A DNA stretch of 63,735 bases, the filler included, from Octopus bimaculoides (Eukaryota): assembly GCF_001194135.2 (NCBI RefSeq). It is 11 parts of 11 records of this genome, joined end to end, with 100 filler letters (N's around TTAATTAATTAA, not from the genome) between each part and the next. Parts side by side here need not be neighbours in the genome. Positions count along the whole stretch, not along the records: positions 62,698 to 63,735 come from NW_026392798.1; 10 more parts are not named here. The stretch is one strand, 5' to 3'. The notes below the pieces were generated by a model. It was not told where the DNA came from, made no database searches, and saw only the letters and a program-made list of their open reading frames with translations. Made by a program: the position numbers and the translations under genes. Positions 62,598-63,735 of the stretch are shown here, one piece after another. Position 1 is the first letter of the stretch; each line of letters starts with the position of its first letter.

Positions 62598-62697
62598 NNN
62601 NNNNNNNNNNNNNNNNNNNNNNNNNNNNNNNNNNNNNNNNNTTAATTAATTAANNNNNNNNNNNNNNNNNNNNNNNNNNNNNNNNNNNNNNNNNNNN

Positions 62698-62734
<37 letters not shown>

Positions 62735-63585
62735 TGAGTGAGCGTGTGTATGTATGCATATATGCGAATATATGCCTATGTATATTTATACATATTATTT
62801 ATGTTGATATATATATGAATATACTTATGTTTTCATATATCTATCAATATATATGTATATATGTGTTTGTGCGTCTGTGTGTATTTTCATATTTCTGTAC
62901 ACTCATACATGCGCCTGCGTAGTTGTACACATTTCGTCATTCTTTCATGACGTCAGTGACTATTTAGACGACCACGACCTCAGTAGATTCTGCCCCACAC
63001 AGGTCACAGAGGGGAAGACCACCCACCAACACCTCAGCAGTGAAGAAAAGCACCGCAGAGCGCTGGAATGGCAGTGCACGAAGATCGAGGGCTTAGTCTT
63101 TTGCCAGAAATCCAAGAATGGCAGCAACATGGAATAGTGAAGGTATGATGGGAGAACAGAATTCATAGCGGAATGGACTCCGTTTGTCCTTCATTTTGTT
63201 CAACTGCCTCTATGGGAGTGACAGTGTGCAGGGCAGAATAGTCAAGTTGCGGTGTAGTTGGAAGGAATCTGGACTTAAGAATGGGAGTGGGAGCAGAACG
63301 ACAAGGAGAGTCCTGATTCCCATTACTTTTGAAATACTTCCCAGGCAAAAGCATCGTCGGAACTATATTTCTTATCACTCCAGACTCCTTACTGTGTTTA
63401 GAATGGATCAAAAAGATGCAGCTTCTGTCTTGCAGAAAAATGTTGAAAAAGAAACGATCCGGAATGTTGTCGCATTATATAAATATATATTTATAAATTT
63501 TCCTCGTTAGTATATCATCTCATACTCAAAATTTTTATTACATTTTATTTTATAATAGTTCAAATATTCTATATTTCGATACATA

Positions 63586-63587
<2 letters not shown>

Positions 63588-63660
<73 letters not shown>
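63588..63660. repeat. (TTA)n microsatellite
   Basis: Direct reading. Confidence 0.95.
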
Positions 63661-63662
<2 letters not shown>

Positions 63663-63735
63663 GTATATATTTTTTCATATTCTCTCTTTATTTATGTTTT
63701 CTTTTTTATTTATAATATGGTAAATTATATTTGCA

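Noticed and set aside
62900-63480. GC-richer block with several short ORFs, possibly a decayed LINE endonuclease
   Set aside because: Only a doubtful SYH (SDH-like) word; the catalytic motifs are not recoverable.

Overview
Eukaryotic, repeat-saturated genomic scaffold with many N gaps and microsatellites. The repeat content looks like coleoid cephalopod (Octopus) DNA; this is inferred from the repeats, not verified. There are no prokaryotic features and no CRISPR array; the recurrent N-TTAATTAATTAA-N motif is an assembly linker. Only one convincing host coding exon is visible: a 939-nt internal exon on the minus strand (54151-55089, AG/GTAAGT boundaries, short coiled-coil-like start followed by low-complexity sequence). 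Nearly everything else is decayed transposon sequence: a 5'-truncated RTE LINE with a YADD reverse transcriptase, a Penelope-like GIY-YIG remnant with an in-frame Asn-rich insert, two R4/Dong-like restriction-like-endonuclease fragments (one ending in (TAA)n), two CR1/L2-like 3' ends, three maT-like (DD37D) pieces, a mariner piece, several MITE or fold-back elements, the 3' end and LTR of a Gypsy element, and three tRNA-type SINE families. The main hunt results are: (i) at least four dispersed minimal type-I hammerhead-ribozyme-like motifs in different repeat contexts; (ii) a LINE/SINE pair sharing a 3' tail with a compensated stem-loop; (iii) a dense set of near-perfect fold-back hairpins around the host exon, which are candidate dsRNA/ADAR substrates; (iv) several promoter-like motif clusters in unique sequence.
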